A stretch of 64,000 nt of DNA from Candidatus Spongiisociaceae bacterium (GCA_965262915.1 OZ253564.1:4640001-4704000); one strand, 5' to 3'; positions 26,757-37,489 are shown, counted from the first letter of the stretch. The notes: generated by a model not told the origin, from the sequence alone. Made by a program: numbers and translations.

Positions 26757-26987
26757 CCTTTTGGACCGACCCGGACGATCTCAAACCCGTGGCGCTAGCC
26801 ACTTCCGGAGAACGGTTACAGACGCGATTCACGGCGACGCCAGGCATATCAACACCTGAGGGTTCTCCGGATTCCGTCTCGACCGGAGGTGTCACACGGA
26901 GCCTGCATAGTGGAAGTGACGGAGTAGCGGCGACTAACGCCGGTCCCGCACGGCCGGGCCGGCGATGAACAGGGAGCGTGTATACGA

Positions 26988-27449
26988 ATGGCGGAGGCTC
27001 GAAGGCGGGGCAGCGGGGATCTGTTCATCGTCGACAACAGTCTGTCCCGCTGGACTGGCCTTGAGTATCTGCGCGAGTGGACCGACCTGGCCCGGTCGTT
27101 CGACGTGGCTACCGGCTTCTTCGAGATTGGCTCGTTGCTCGCCCTGGACGGTAAGTGGCAGCAACTCGAGAAGATACGCATCCTCATGGGCGATCAGATC
27201 TCTCTGAAGACCAAGAAGGCCTTCGCCGATGCGCTTCACAGCCGGATCGGGAGGCTCGACGGCAACCTCGAGGACGAGAAGCGAACGAACCCGTTCCTGC
27301 GTGGCGTCGAAGCGGTGGTCGAAGCCGTCCGGAGCGGGAAGATCGAGTGTCGTGTTTACCGGAAGAAGAAGTTCCATGCCAAGGTCTATATCACGCATGC
27401 CAAGTTCGATGTGATCGGCGCCCAAGCCCTCGTCGGCTCCAGCAACTAG
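26988..27449 (+). pseudogene. Truncated N-terminal phospholipase-D (HKD nuclease) domain of a PLD-SNF2 helicase
   Basis: FIVDNS, FDVATGFFEIGSLL, IRILMG, KFHAKVYI...LVGSSN; stops immediately after GSSN with no helicase part. Confidence 0.75.
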
Positions 27450-27549
27450 CGGGAAGAGGCAACAAGGCTGAAGAGCCACACAATCGGGTAGGAGATACCG
27501 CTGGCGGTGGTACCATATATGGCAGAGCCTATGGCATGAGGAACTATTG

Positions 27550-27759
27550 ATGAGGAAAACTACTGTCTACCTACCGGAGTCGCTGAAACGCGAGGTGGAG
27601 CGCCGGGCGAGACAGCGTTCCTGTTCGGAAGCCGAAGTAATCCGACAAGCGATTCGGGATGCGGTCGGGCGTCCTGAGCCGAGGCCCGGGATCATCCCTG
27701 GCGAGAACAGATGGATCCATCGGGTCGACGACTATCTGGAGGGATTCGGCGACAGATGA
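27550..27759 (+). CDS. vapB: CopG/RHH antitoxin (VapB-like)
   Basis: MRKTTVYLPESLK...SEAEVIRQAI ribbon-helix-helix; ATGA overlap with the toxin. Confidence 0.88.
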   Translation: MRKTTVYLPESLKREVERRARQRSCSEAEVIRQAIRDAVGRPEPRPGIIPGENRWIHRVDDYLEGFGDR

Positions 27760-28166
27760 TCATCGCCGACACCAGTGGCCTCCTCGCCTTCTTCAGCGAG
27801 TCAGGTCGGCATCACGAGGCTGTGGTCGCCTGGTTGGAGAGAAACAACCCGGTCATGGTGGTTTCCCCGTTCGTTATAGCCGAGGTCGACTACCTGGTGA
27901 CCACCCGCAAGGGTGTCGAAGTCGAGTTAGCCGTTATTCGGGAACTAGCCAGCGGCGCCTACGAGCTTCCGACGATGAACTCCGATGATCTGGGCCTGGC
28001 GAGCGAGGTGGTGGAGCGTTACCGTGACCTGGGTATCGGGATCGCCGACGCCTCACTGGTGGTGCTGGCCGATCGCTACCGCACCCGCACGATCCTGACC
28101 CTGGACCGGAAGCACTTCGGGGTGGTGCGCCCGCTGGATGGTGGCTACTTCAAGATCGTCCCTTAG
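27756..28166 (+). CDS. vapC: VapC-family PIN-domain toxin
   Basis: MIIADTSGL, AEVDYL, IADASLVVLA and TLDRKHF. Confidence 0.92.
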   Translation: MIIADTSGLLAFFSESGRHHEAVVAWLERNNPVMVVSPFVIAEVDYLVTTRKGVEVELAVIRELASGAYELPTMNSDDLGLASEVVERYRDLGIGIADASLVVLADRYRTRTILTLDRKHFGVVRPLDGGYFKIVP

Positions 28167-28185
28167 GCGGCGGGTCGATCGGTAC

Positions 28186-28810
28186 CTACGATCCGAGGGC
28201 GGTTATCGATGCTACCCAGAAGTTGCCGGAGCGGCGGTAGGCGAGGCCGGTGGAGGTCACCACCATCAGGCCGGCGGGGTCCTCGACCCTGCTTCTGGCT
28301 ATCTTGTTGCGTAGACGCAGCAGGGACTCGGCGGCTTTCTCCACGACGTCGGGTGCCGGGCTTAGCTCGATCTCAACGGCCATCCACGCGGAATCGTCCC
28401 GTTCGATGATGGCATTGACCTCCAAGCCGGTGTCATCGCGGTACTGGAAGACTCCGCCTCCATCGGGCCGGCTGTAGATGCACAGGTCGCGTACGACCAG
28501 CGACTCGAACAACAGCCCGAACATCGCCGGGTCCCCCAGCAACCGTTCGGGAGAAGCACGCAGCATGGCCGCAGCGAGCGATGGATCGACGAAGTGGCCC
28601 TTGGGCGCCCTCCTCAAGGTGGCCCGCGACCGGAGGCCTACCGACCAGGCTGGTTGGTTCTCCACCACGAACATGCTCTCGAGAGCATCCAGGTAGGCGT
28701 TGACGGAGGAACGGCTGAGCATCTTCCCTCCGCCCATGTCCAAAACCAGAGTCGTGTCTTTGTTTTCGTAGCTACGTGGCACGCCATGTCGAGGAACTCG
28801 AGGGCGTTCC
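28186..28810 (-). pseudogene. C-terminal remnant of an AAA_14/DUF4143 ATPase
   Basis: YLDALESMF, PKGHFVDPSLA, GLLFESLVVRDL and YRDDTGLEV; no Walker A domain; catalytic motif degraded (EVN/VEIE). Confidence 0.8.
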
Positions 28811-28835
28811 CTTCTTGCGCGAGACCCCGCCGGCT

Positions 28836-29246
28836 TCAGTGGGGCAGGTCGGGGAGTCGCATCACATCGCGGCGGACGAGCACCTCGGTCCGGTGGGAGC
28901 GCTGCACGTCCTGCATCGCAACGGCCATGGCCTCTTCCAACACCTTCAACTGCCGACCAAGCCGCCGGACCTCGGCGCGTAGGGCACCGTTCTCCGACTC
29001 GAGCTGCATGATCCGCTTGACGCCTTTGATGTTGATACCCTGGCGTGTCAGATCCTGGATCAGCCCAAGGAGTTCGAGATCGGCGTCGGAGTAGCGACGG
29101 GTACCTCCGGGCGTCCGGAAGGGCTCGATCAGTCCCCGGCGCTCGTAGATACGCAAGGTCTGGGGATGCATCCCGGACAGGGAAGCCGCCACGGAGATGA
29201 CGTAGACCGCCTCCATCTCATTCGGTATCCGTTTCTTGGCCATCAT
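28836..29246 (-). CDS. hspR: MerR-type heat-shock repressor HspR
   Basis: VYVISVAASLSGMHPQTLRIYERRGL...RTPGGTRRYS; last gene of the dnaK operon. Confidence 0.93.
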   Translation of the reverse strand: MMAKKRIPNEMEAVYVISVAASLSGMHPQTLRIYERRGLIEPFRTPGGTRRYSDADLELLGLIQDLTRQGINIKGVKRIMQLESENGALRAEVRRLGRQLKVLEEAMAVAMQDVQRSHRTEVLVRRDVMRLPDLPH

Positions 29247-29260
29247 GCCTCTCCTTCCAC

Positions 29261-30361
29261 TCACAGGCTATCGCGTGGGTTCTCCGTTTCGTATAGGTCT
29301 CTGAACTCCTCGAGCATCTTGCGGGCATCTTTCGACAGCTTGGGGGGAACCGCGACCTGGACCGTCACCAGCAGGTCACCCGGCCGTCCCCGGTCCCTCC
29401 GGACACCCTCCTTGCGCACCCGGAAGGTCTTGCCGGACGAGGTACCAGGCGGAATCTTGAGCTTCACCTCTCCGTTCAGGGTCGGCACGGGTACCTTCGC
29501 GCCGAGAGCTGCCTCGGTGAAGGTCAGCGGAAGCTTCAGGAGGAGATCGTCACCACTGAGCGAGAAAGTCGCATGCGCAGCCACCCGGACCTCGACCAGC
29601 AGATTGCCCGGGGGGCCTCCCCGCACTCCGGGTGAGCCCCTTCCACGCAGCCGGACGGTGTTCCCGTCTTTCACGCCGGGCGGGATCCTTACCTTCATGG
29701 TCCGGACCCTCCTCTCCTGACCACTCCCCCGGCACTTAACACAGGGCGAGTCCAATGTGCGTCCCGAGCCGCTGCACTGCGGGCATGGATTGGTGAAGGA
29801 GAAGAAGCCCTGGTTGGAGGCGACGGTTCCCGTGCCTCCACAGCCCGCACACACGTCGAACGACGTCCCGGGCTCGGCCCCGCCCCCGCGGCACTGTCTA
29901 CACATGTCCGGACTCTCGATCCTCACCGACGCGGTCGTTCCCCTCACCGCCTCCTCGAAGGTCAGGTCGAGGGTCGTGGAAACATCGGAGCCGCGTTGGG
30001 GACCGCGCCGTCCGCCGCCGAACCGGAACAGATCGCCGATCCCACCCATACCTCCGAACACGTCTTCCACACGAACCTGCTGGCCGCCGAACGGGCCGGA
30101 TCCACCAGGGGATCCATGGAAACCACCGGCCCCGACGGAGCGAACCTGGTCGTACTCCTTTCTCCTATCGGGATCCGAGAGCACCGAGTAGGCCTCCGAC
30201 ACCTCTTTGAAGCGCTCGACTGCGTTCGGGTCATCCGGGTTGGCATCCGGGTGCAGCTTCTGGGCAAGGCGGCGGTATGACCTCTTGATCGCGGCCTGGT
30301 CGGCGTCCTTGCCCACATCCAGCAACTGGTAGAAGTTCTTGTCGAGCCAGTTCCGGTTCAT
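29261..30361 (-). CDS. dnaJ: Chaperone DnaJ
   Basis: J-domain HPD, G/F-rich region and four CxxCxGxG repeats. Confidence 0.96.
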   Translation of the reverse strand: MNRNWLDKNFYQLLDVGKDADQAAIKRSYRRLAQKLHPDANPDDPNAVERFKEVSEAYSVLSDPDRRKEYDQVRSVGAGGFHGSPGGSGPFGGQQVRVEDVFGGMGGIGDLFRFGGGRRGPQRGSDVSTTLDLTFEEAVRGTTASVRIESPDMCRQCRGGGAEPGTSFDVCAGCGGTGTVASNQGFFSFTNPCPQCSGSGRTLDSPCVKCRGSGQERRVRTMKVRIPPGVKDGNTVRLRGRGSPGVRGGPPGNLLVEVRVAAHATFSLSGDDLLLKLPLTFTEAALGAKVPVPTLNGEVKLKIPPGTSSGKTFRVRKEGVRRDRGRPGDLLVTVQVAVPPKLSKDARKMLEEFRDLYETENPRDSL

Positions 30362-30380
30362 CCTCCACCGCCGATCCCGG

Positions 30381-31013
30381 TCATTCCGATACCTGGTCCT
30401 CCCCGGACGTCTCCTCCGTGTCCGCAGTCTCGTAGCCGACAGCGACCAGGGTGGCCCGGATGACCCGTCCGTTGAGCGTATACCCGCGGCGCCACTCAGC
30501 CTCAACCACCATCCTTCCGCTTCCTTCTCCGATCTGGGCCGCCTCGTGGAGGTTCGGATCGAACACCGCGCCCAGAGCCTCTATCGGTTCCATTCCCTCC
30601 CTGGCAAGGGTCGAAAGCAGCTGGTCCCGGGTACTTGTCAGACCCCGGCGCATGCTCTCGGCGGAGGAACTCTCCGTCTGGATCGCGATAGCCGCATCGA
30701 GGCTGTCCAGCACCGGCAGCAGGCGGGCCAGGACGCGCTCCGACGATCTTGCGATCATCGCGGTCTGGTCGCGCTGGGACCGCTTGCGGTAGTTGTCGAA
30801 CTCGGCTGCCGCCCGCTTCCACTTGTCGACGGCCTCCGCGGCCATGGCCCGGGCCGCCAGCAACTCCCCTATAAGGACTGCGATCGCCTCGTCGGGATCC
30901 TCCGGCAACTCGAGGGCAGGGACCGCATCCACCGTCTCGTCGGCAACGATGTCCGTCTCCTCCGCGGCTTCGACAACCAATTCTCTGATCACGTCCCCAT
31001 GCTCCTCGGTCAT
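30381..31013 (-). CDS. grpE: Nucleotide exchange factor GrpE
   Basis: AAEFDNYRKR, LLPVLDSL, FDPNLHEA and GYTLNGRVIRA. Confidence 0.95.
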   Translation of the reverse strand: MTEEHGDVIRELVVEAAEETDIVADETVDAVPALELPEDPDEAIAVLIGELLAARAMAAEAVDKWKRAAAEFDNYRKRSQRDQTAMIARSSERVLARLLPVLDSLDAAIAIQTESSSAESMRRGLTSTRDQLLSTLAREGMEPIEALGAVFDPNLHEAAQIGEGSGRMVVEAEWRRGYTLNGRVIRATLVAVGYETADTEETSGEDQVSE

Positions 31014-31041
31014 GATCCCGACCCGCTCCCGGAGCGATACA

Positions 31042-32877
31042 TCAGCGCTCCTCCTCTTCGTCGATGATCTCGGCCTCGACGATCTCCTCGCCGTCGTCCA
31101 TCGCTCCACCGGAGCCGGCTCCGGGCTCCGCCTGCTCCGCAGCCTCGGCGTACATCTTCTGGGCGAGCACCTGGGACGCCAGGAAGGTGTCGTCGATCTT
31201 CGACTGGATGTCCTCGGGGGTGGCCGAGCTGTCGTCGGATGTGCTCCGGAGATCGGCCAGGGCCGAGTCGATGGCCTCCCGCTCGCTCTCGTCCAGCTTG
31301 TCCCCGTGCTCCTCGAGGAGCTTCTCGGTCTGGTTGATCACCTGGTCGGCCCGGTTGCGGGCGTCCGCGAGCTCCCGCTTCGTGACGTCCTCCTCGGCGT
31401 AGCGCTCGGCATCCGTCACCATCCGTTCGATATCGTCCTGCGACAAGGCGGTGCCGCCGGTGATGGTCATGGCCTGCTCGCGGCCTGTACCGAGGTCCTT
31501 GGCGTTGACCGACACGATCCCGTTGGCGTCGATGTCGAAGCTGACCTCGATCTGCGGGAGACCCATGGGCGCCGGCGGGATCCCCGTCAGACGGAACTTT
31601 CCTAGGCTCTTGTTGTCGTGAGCCATGGGTCGCTCACCCTGAAGAACGTGGATCTCGACCTCCGGCTGGTTGTGCTCGGCAGTGGTGAAGATCTCGGTCC
31701 GCTTGGTGGGGATGGTGGTGTTCCGCTCGATCATCTTGGTCATGACGGCGCCCTTGGTCTCGATACCGAGAGTGAGGGGGGTCACGTCGAGGAGCAGGAT
31801 GTCCTTCACGTCACCGGTCAGGACCCCGGCCTGGAGGGCGGCGCCCGCTGCTACCACCTCGTCGGGATTGACCCCCCGGTGGGGCTCCTTACCGGTCAGC
31901 TGCCTGATCAGGTCCTGGATGGCCGGCATCCGGGTCGATCCGCCCACCAGCACCACATGGTCGATGTCGGCCGTGGTCACGCCGGCGTCCGCCACGGCCC
32001 TCCTGAACGGGCCCTCGGTCCGCTCGACCAGATCCTCGGTCATCTTCTGGAACTCGGCCCGGGTGAGCCTCTTCTGCAGGTGCAGGGGTCCCGCCGCGGT
32101 GGCGGTGATGAAGGGAAGGTTGAGATCGGTCTCGGGGACGGTCGACAGCTCGATCTTGGCCTTCTCGGCCGCTTCCTTGAGGCGCTGCACGGCCATCCTG
32201 TCGCTCCCGAGGTCCACACCGTTCTCGTTCTTGAACTCGGACACCAGCCAGTCGATGATCGCCTCGTCCCAATCGTCCCCGCCCAGTTGGGTATCTCCGC
32301 TGGTGGACTTCACCTCGAACACACCATCGCCGATCTCCAGGATGGAGACATCGAAGGTGCCGCCCCCGAGGTCGAAAACCAGGATGGTCTGCTCGACGTC
32401 CTCCTTGTCGAGCCCGTAGGCCAGGGCGGCGGCGGTGGGCTCGTTGACGATGCGCGAGACCTCGAGGCCGGCGATCTGACCGGACTCCTTGGTGGCCTGC
32501 CGCTGGGCATCGTTGAAGTATGCGGGAACGGTGATCACCGCCGAGGTGACCTCGCTTCCGAGGTAGGCCTCGGCGTCCCTCTTCAGCTTCATCAGGATCC
32601 GGGCCGACACCTCCTGGGCCGTATAGCGCTTGCGGTCCGCCCGGGCGGACCAGCCGGTACCCATGTGACGCTTGACGGACCGGATCGTGTTGTCCGGATT
32701 GGTGATGGCCTGGCGCTTGGCGACCTCGCCCACCATGACATCCCCCTCCTTGAAGGCCACCACGGACGGGGTGGTGCGGCCACCCTCGGCGTTGGCGACC
32801 ACGGTGGGCTCCCCACCCTCGAGCACCGCGATCACGCTGTTGGTGGTGCCCAGATCGATTCCGACGGCCTTGGCCAT
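31042..32877 (-). CDS. dnaK: Chaperone DnaK
   Basis: [35 protein letters not shown] and VGGSTRMP. Confidence 0.99.
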   Translation of the reverse strand: MAKAVGIDLGTTNSVIAVLEGGEPTVVANAEGGRTTPSVVAFKEGDVMVGEVAKRQAITNPDNTIRSVKRHMGTGWSARADRKRYTAQEVSARILMKLKRDAEAYLGSEVTSAVITVPAYFNDAQRQATKESGQIAGLEVSRIVNEPTAAALAYGLDKEDVEQTILVFDLGGGTFDVSILEIGDGVFEVKSTSGDTQLGGDDWDEAIIDWLVSEFKNENGVDLGSDRMAVQRLKEAAEKAKIELSTVPETDLNLPFITATAAGPLHLQKRLTRAEFQKMTEDLVERTEGPFRRAVADAGVTTADIDHVVLVGGSTRMPAIQDLIRQLTGKEPHRGVNPDEVVAAGAALQAGVLTGDVKDILLLDVTPLTLGIETKGAVMTKMIERNTTIPTKRTEIFTTAEHNQPEVEIHVLQGERPMAHDNKSLGKFRLTGIPPAPMGLPQIEVSFDIDANGIVSVNAKDLGTGREQAMTITGGTALSQDDIERMVTDAERYAEEDVTKRELADARNRADQVINQTEKLLEEHGDKLDESEREAIDSALADLRSTSDDSSATPEDIQSKIDDTFLASQVLAQKMYAEAAEQAEPGAGSGGAMDDGEEIVEAEIIDEEEER

Positions 32878-33085
32878 TCGAGTCTCCTTCTCTTACTTCA
32901 GGTCGGTGGTTCTCAGTCTATCCGATAGGTATAACCTGAGTCATACCTTATCATATTCCTGCTATCCGGCGTCATCCGGTGCTTGGTCGCCGACGGCTGG
33001 GGGCCCGCCTGCGGCTGTGGTGTCCGACCGGTCGCTGTCGCCTTGCTGCGACAGAAGCCCACCCGATCTCCTGAGCCGGTCGCAT

Positions 33086-33145
33086 ATTTAAGGATTTTGA
33101 GGCCTTTATAAGTAAATCCCTTATAAGCGGTGCAAATCCTTAAAT
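33086..33145. repeat. AT-rich inverted repeat with internal TTATAAG pair
   Basis: ATTTAAGGATTT ... AAATCCTTAAAT (12-bp perfect arms). Confidence 0.75.
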
Positions 33146-33200
33146 GTCCTCGATCCGGTGCAGGAGAATGCCTCGAACGGCATGGCGGGTGTTCATCGCA

Positions 33201-34373
33201 TCATGTCATCCGTCGGCTTATGAATCGGTCGAACATCGGAACAGTGAAGTCGATGATCCCGTGACGCGGGGAATAGCAGAGCCCCCGCTTGATGAGGGCG
33301 TCGCGGTGCGGACCGACCTGGCCGGTCGTCTTGCCCATTGCCGCGGCGACCTCACCCGAGGCGTAGGGTCCCGCGCCCAGTGAGGCAATTGCCGAGAGGT
33401 AGGTACGTTCGGTGTCCGTGGTTCGGTCTATCCGGACGCGGAAGAATCCGGTGTCGAGTTCGTCGGTAGCGATGGGAATGGCTGCATCGACGTCGGTGGG
33501 CGTGATCTCTTCGGGTCCTTCGGCAATGTTCCAGACCTGCTTGCCGAATTCTTGGAGAAAATAGGGGTAGCCTCGGGTTCGGGTCACGACCCGTTCAAGA
33601 GCATCTGGATGCCATCGGACACCCTCGGCTTGGGCGGGCTCGACAAGAGCAGTCGTCGCCTCGTCTGCTTTGAGGCTGTTGATGACCCTGAACTCGAACA
33701 ACCGCTCGGCGTACGACCTGGCGTCACCGACCAGAGCGAGGAGCGATGGCAGCCCGGCGCCGGCCACCACGAACGGAAGTTGTTCTTGACCGATGCTATG
33801 TAGGCCCACGATGAGCGCCTTTAGATGACGCCGACTCAGATACTGCATCTCATCGATGGTGAAGAGAACCCCGACACCTCGGGCCTTAGCCAGTTCGCCG
33901 ACCTCGATAAACAAGTCGGCAAGGTCGTGGTCGAGTTCTCCCGAGTCAGCGTAACCGGGCACCGGGTCGAACCCGGCCACGATATCCCCGTTGACAGGGA
34001 GTTCCCAGCGTACTTGGAATGACTTGAGCACCCCCCGCGCGCGACGGGCCCGTTCAGCGACCCGCTCGCCGATGGACAGACGTAGGATCGCCTTCCGTAC
34101 CAGGATGGCGAGGGTCTCGGGGAATCTGAGGTCCTCGGTTGCTTCGATCCTCTGGTATACCCAGCGGCTGCGTTCGCCGATGCGACCGAACTCTCTGAGG
34201 AGCACGGTCTTGCCGACCCCTCGGAGGCCGGTGAGCAGCATGCTCCTCGCTGAACGGCCCAAACCGAATCGTCTGACGGCGATGTCGAAGGCCTCAATCG
34301 CATGTTCGCGACCCACCAACGCGGGCGGCGGAGCACCTGCGCCCGGATTGTATGAGTTTCGCGCCGGGTCCAT
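33201..34373 (-). CDS. AAA-family ATP-binding protein with C-terminal winged helix
   Basis: YNPGAGAPPPALVGR, GLRGVGKTVLL, IDEMQ, AGLP, SYAERLF and GYPYFLQ. Confidence 0.88.
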   Translation of the reverse strand: MDPARNSYNPGAGAPPPALVGREHAIEAFDIAVRRFGLGRSARSMLLTGLRGVGKTVLLREFGRIGERSRWVYQRIEATEDLRFPETLAILVRKAILRLSIGERVAERARRARGVLKSFQVRWELPVNGDIVAGFDPVPGYADSGELDHDLADLFIEVGELAKARGVGVLFTIDEMQYLSRRHLKALIVGLHSIGQEQLPFVVAGAGLPSLLALVGDARSYAERLFEFRVINSLKADEATTALVEPAQAEGVRWHPDALERVVTRTRGYPYFLQEFGKQVWNIAEGPEEITPTDVDAAIPIATDELDTGFFRVRIDRTTDTERTYLSAIASLGAGPYASGEVAAAMGKTTGQVGPHRDALIKRGLCYSPRHGIIDFTVPMFDRFISRRMT

Positions 34374-34544
34374 CAACTGATGATAAGTATTCGTGGCGGC
34401 TCTTGAAGGTTTCTCTTATGAACGATACGAATCTCGATCGCTTTCGAGCCGCTGCGCCAGAAGATACAGAAGGAATCGTCGGCGTCTCTGAGAAGGTCTC
34501 CGGTACCCCGGCTTGCTCCAGAACCAGATTCCGGGCGGCGTGGT

Positions 34545-35024
34545 TCAGATCTCGCGGTAGCGCCGGCTGGAGATTACGCCGGTGTCGAAGCCGGCCAGGT
34601 TGAGGCGCCCCGAGAACCGGGCGTGCTCGATCTTGAGGCAGCGGTCCTGTACCACCTCGAGTCCGGCGTCGATAGCGGTCCGGGCGGCCTCGTCGTGGCG
34701 GAGGCCCAGCTGGAACCACACCACCTTGGCCCCGATGGCGATGGCGTCATCGACCACTCCCGGGAGCGCCGAGTGCTTGCGGAACACGTCCACGATGTCG
34801 GGAACCTCGGGTAGCGCGGCCAGGGAGGGATAGCACTTCAACCCGAGGATCTCGTCGTACATCGGGTTCACCGGGTACACCCTGAAGTGAGTACGCACCA
34901 GATAGGCGGCCACGAAGTTGGACGACCGAAGCACGTTCCCGGAGACCCCCACCAGTGCAGCCGACTTCGCCTCGCGGATGATCCGGAGGCGGGTGCGGGG
35001 GTCGGCTTCCAGCACTCTGGTCAT
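34545..35024 (-). CDS. CoA-binding protein (YccU-like)
   Basis: YPVNP, DIVDVFR, VWFQLG and DRCLKIEH. Confidence 0.9.
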   Translation of the reverse strand: MTRVLEADPRTRLRIIREAKSAALVGVSGNVLRSSNFVAAYLVRTHFRVYPVNPMYDEILGLKCYPSLAALPEVPDIVDVFRKHSALPGVVDDAIAIGAKVVWFQLGLRHDEAARTAIDAGLEVVQDRCLKIEHARFSGRLNLAGFDTGVISSRRYREI

Positions 35025-35026
35025 CG

Positions 35027-36304
35027 TCAACTCCCCAGTGCCTGGTCGAGGTCCCAAATGATGTCCTCGATGTTCTCGAGACCGACCGAGATACGGATCA
35101 TGTCGTTTCCTACTCCTGCGGCGTCCCGCTCCTCCGCCGGAACCTGCTGGTGGGTGGTGCTAGCAGGATGTATCACCAGTGTCTTCGCGTCACCGACGTT
35201 GGCGAGATGGCTGGCCAGTTCCACTCCTTTGATGAACGACACCCCCGTCTCGTACCCACCCGCTATGCCGAAAGTGAACACCGCCCCGGGGCCGGCCGGC
35301 ACGTACTTGCGGGCCAAGTCGTAGGACGGATGGGATGGGAGGCCCGGATAGGACACCCACGAGACGCGGGAGTCGTTCTCCAGGAACTCCGCAACCGCCC
35401 GGGCGTTCGCAACGTGACGTTCCATACGCATCGAAAGCGTCTCGAGGCCCAGCAGCAGCAGGAACGAACTGAACGGCGAGAGCGCCGCTCCGATATCCCG
35501 CATCAACTCGGTACGGGCCTTCATCAGATAGGCGTACTCCCGAAAGTTCTCCCAGAAGCGGAGATCGTGGTAGGCGCGTGACGGTTCGACGATCGCCGGG
35601 AAGCGTCCGTTGTTCCACGGGAACTGCCCGCTCTCGACGATGACCCCGGCGATGACCGTACCGTGCCCCCCGATGAACTTGGTCGCCGAGTGCACCACCA
35701 CGTCGACACCGTACTCGATGGGGCGGCAGAGGGCGGGGCTGGCGAAGGTGTTGTCGACCACCACCGGCAGGCCGTACGAATGGGCGAGATCGGCGATGAC
35801 CTCGAGATCGAGTACGTCACCCCCCGGGTTGCCGATCGTCTCGCCGTAGATCAGCCGGGTCCGGTCGGTGATGGCGGCCTCCATGGCTTCGGTGTCGTTC
35901 GTATCGACGAAGGTCGTCTCGATCCCCATCCGGCGCAGCGTCACGTCGAACTGAGTGAAGGTTCCGCCGTACAGGGCCCGGTTGGCGATCAGGTGGTCGC
36001 CCGCCTCGCAGATGGTGAGGATCGACAGGAGCTGAGCCGACATCCCGGAAGCGGTGGCCAGGCCACCCAGCCCACCCTCCAGCGAAGCCATGCGCTCCTC
36101 GAAGGCGGCGTTGGTCGGGTTGCCGATGCGGGTGTAGATGTTGCCGAAGCTCTGCAAGGCGAACAGGTCTGCCGCGTACTGCGGATCGTCGAACACGTAG
36201 GACGTGGTCTGGTAGATGGGCATGGCGCGTGCACCCGTCTCCGGATCCGGTCTCTGACCGGCGTGGATGGAGCGGGTATCGAAACCGAACATGTGTCTGC
36301 TCAT
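35027..36304 (-). CDS. metY: O-acetylhomoserine aminocarboxypropyltransferase
   Basis: PIYQTTSY, IYTRIGNPT, HSATKFIGGHG and LANVGDAKTLVIHPASTTH. Confidence 0.95.
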   Translation of the reverse strand: MSRHMFGFDTRSIHAGQRPDPETGARAMPIYQTTSYVFDDPQYAADLFALQSFGNIYTRIGNPTNAAFEERMASLEGGLGGLATASGMSAQLLSILTICEAGDHLIANRALYGGTFTQFDVTLRRMGIETTFVDTNDTEAMEAAITDRTRLIYGETIGNPGGDVLDLEVIADLAHSYGLPVVVDNTFASPALCRPIEYGVDVVVHSATKFIGGHGTVIAGVIVESGQFPWNNGRFPAIVEPSRAYHDLRFWENFREYAYLMKARTELMRDIGAALSPFSSFLLLLGLETLSMRMERHVANARAVAEFLENDSRVSWVSYPGLPSHPSYDLARKYVPAGPGAVFTFGIAGGYETGVSFIKGVELASHLANVGDAKTLVIHPASTTHQQVPAEERDAAGVGNDMIRISVGLENIEDIIWDLDQALGS

Positions 36305-36325
36305 GACCGCCTGCTCATGGTGGGT

Positions 36326-37489
36326 TCAACAGGGAAAACCCCATTCGGATTCCAGATGATAACGGAGATGGGGCTCGAAGAGATGCGGCTCCAGCAGGAA
36401 GGCATCGTGGCCCTTCTCGGAGTGGACGGTGATCCAGTTGAACGGGAGTCCGGCCGCTTTGAGTTCCTCGGTCAGTTCCTCCTGCTCGATGCGGTAGTAA
36501 CAGACATCCGAGTCGATGGAGAACACCAGATACTCGTGGGCGCCACCCGCCAGCAACTCGGGCATGGTGACCCCCCGCCGCTCGGCCTCGGCGTAGAGGT
36601 CGAAGTCCTGCCAGGCCCACATGGTCCGCAGGTAGGCGTTGGCGTCGAAGCGCTTGACGAACTTGTGTCCCTGGTGCCACATGTAGCTCTCGAGAGGCAA
36701 GCGAACCCGTTCGTCGGCGGCGGCCACCACCTCGCCCCTGGCCCGCTCCCGTATCTGGCCCAGCGATACGAACGTCTTGTGTCCGATCATCCTGGCGAGG
36801 GCGAGACCGGCGTCAGGCGGGGGACCCTCGTAGTAGTCGCCGCCGTTGAAGTTCGGATCGTTGTAGATGGCGGTGATCTGCTCGAAGTCATGGATGACGT
36901 GCAGGGCCGTGGCCCGCAACCCGGCCGATATCGGAATGACGAAGCGGACCCGGTCGGGGTAGCGGGTAGCGACGTCGAGGCACATCATGCCACCCACGCT
37001 CCCACCCACCACGGCGTGGAGTCGATCGATCCCCAACTCGTCGAGCAGCCGGAAGTGAGCCCGCACGGTGTCCCCCGCCGACACCCGGGGGAACGACCCC
37101 CCATAGGGCTTACCGGTAACCGGGTCGATGCTCGGGGGACCGGTCGAGCCGTAGCAATGACCCACCCAGTTGGCGCAGATCACCGCGAACTTGTCGGTGT
37201 TGAGGGACCGACCCGACCCGATGAAGTCGTCCCACCACCCGACCTGCATCTGCTCGGTCCAGCGACCGCCCGTTCCCGGAACCCCCAAGTTGTAGCCGGC
37301 GGCGTGGTGGCTCCCGGTGAGGGCGTGGAACAGCAGGATGGCGTTGTCCCGGGCCTCGTTGAGTTCCCCGTAGATCTCGTAGGCCAGCGTGATCTCCGGC
37401 ATCGTGGCGCCGCTGTCGAACACGAACGGATCCGTTTCGCTACCAAAGGTGAAGTATTGGGTTTTGACCGGCCCGACGCCTTTGCCCAC
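36326..37489 (-). CDS. metX: Homoserine O-acetyltransferase
   Basis: HALTG, GWWD, GGSVGGM nucleophile motif, RFDAN and GHDAFL; GTG start assumed. Confidence 0.94.
   Translation of the reverse strand: MGKGVGPVKTQYFTFGSETDPFVFDSGATMPEITLAYEIYGELNEARDNAILLFHALTGSHHAAGYNLGVPGTGGRWTEQMQVGWWDDFIGSGRSLNTDKFAVICANWVGHCYGSTGPPSIDPVTGKPYGGSFPRVSAGDTVRAHFRLLDELGIDRLHAVVGGSVGGMMCLDVATRYPDRVRFVIPISAGLRATALHVIHDFEQITAIYNDPNFNGGDYYEGPPPDAGLALARMIGHKTFVSLGQIRERARGEVVAAADERVRLPLESYMWHQGHKFVKRFDANAYLRTMWAWQDFDLYAEAERRGVTMPELLAGGAHEYLVFSIDSDVCYYRIEQEELTEELKAAGLPFNWITVHSEKGHDAFLLEPHLFEPHLRYHLESEWGFPC

Noticed and set aside
27447-27449. Pyrrolysine or other readthrough at the PLD TAG
   Set aside because: The downstream sequence does not continue the expected protein and runs into the vapB promoter region.
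32930-32960. HAIR operator for HspR upstream of dnaK
   Set aside because: Only one half-site (ACTCAGG on the minus strand) resembles CTTGAGT-N7-ACTCAAG; too weak to call, although a site is expected nearby.
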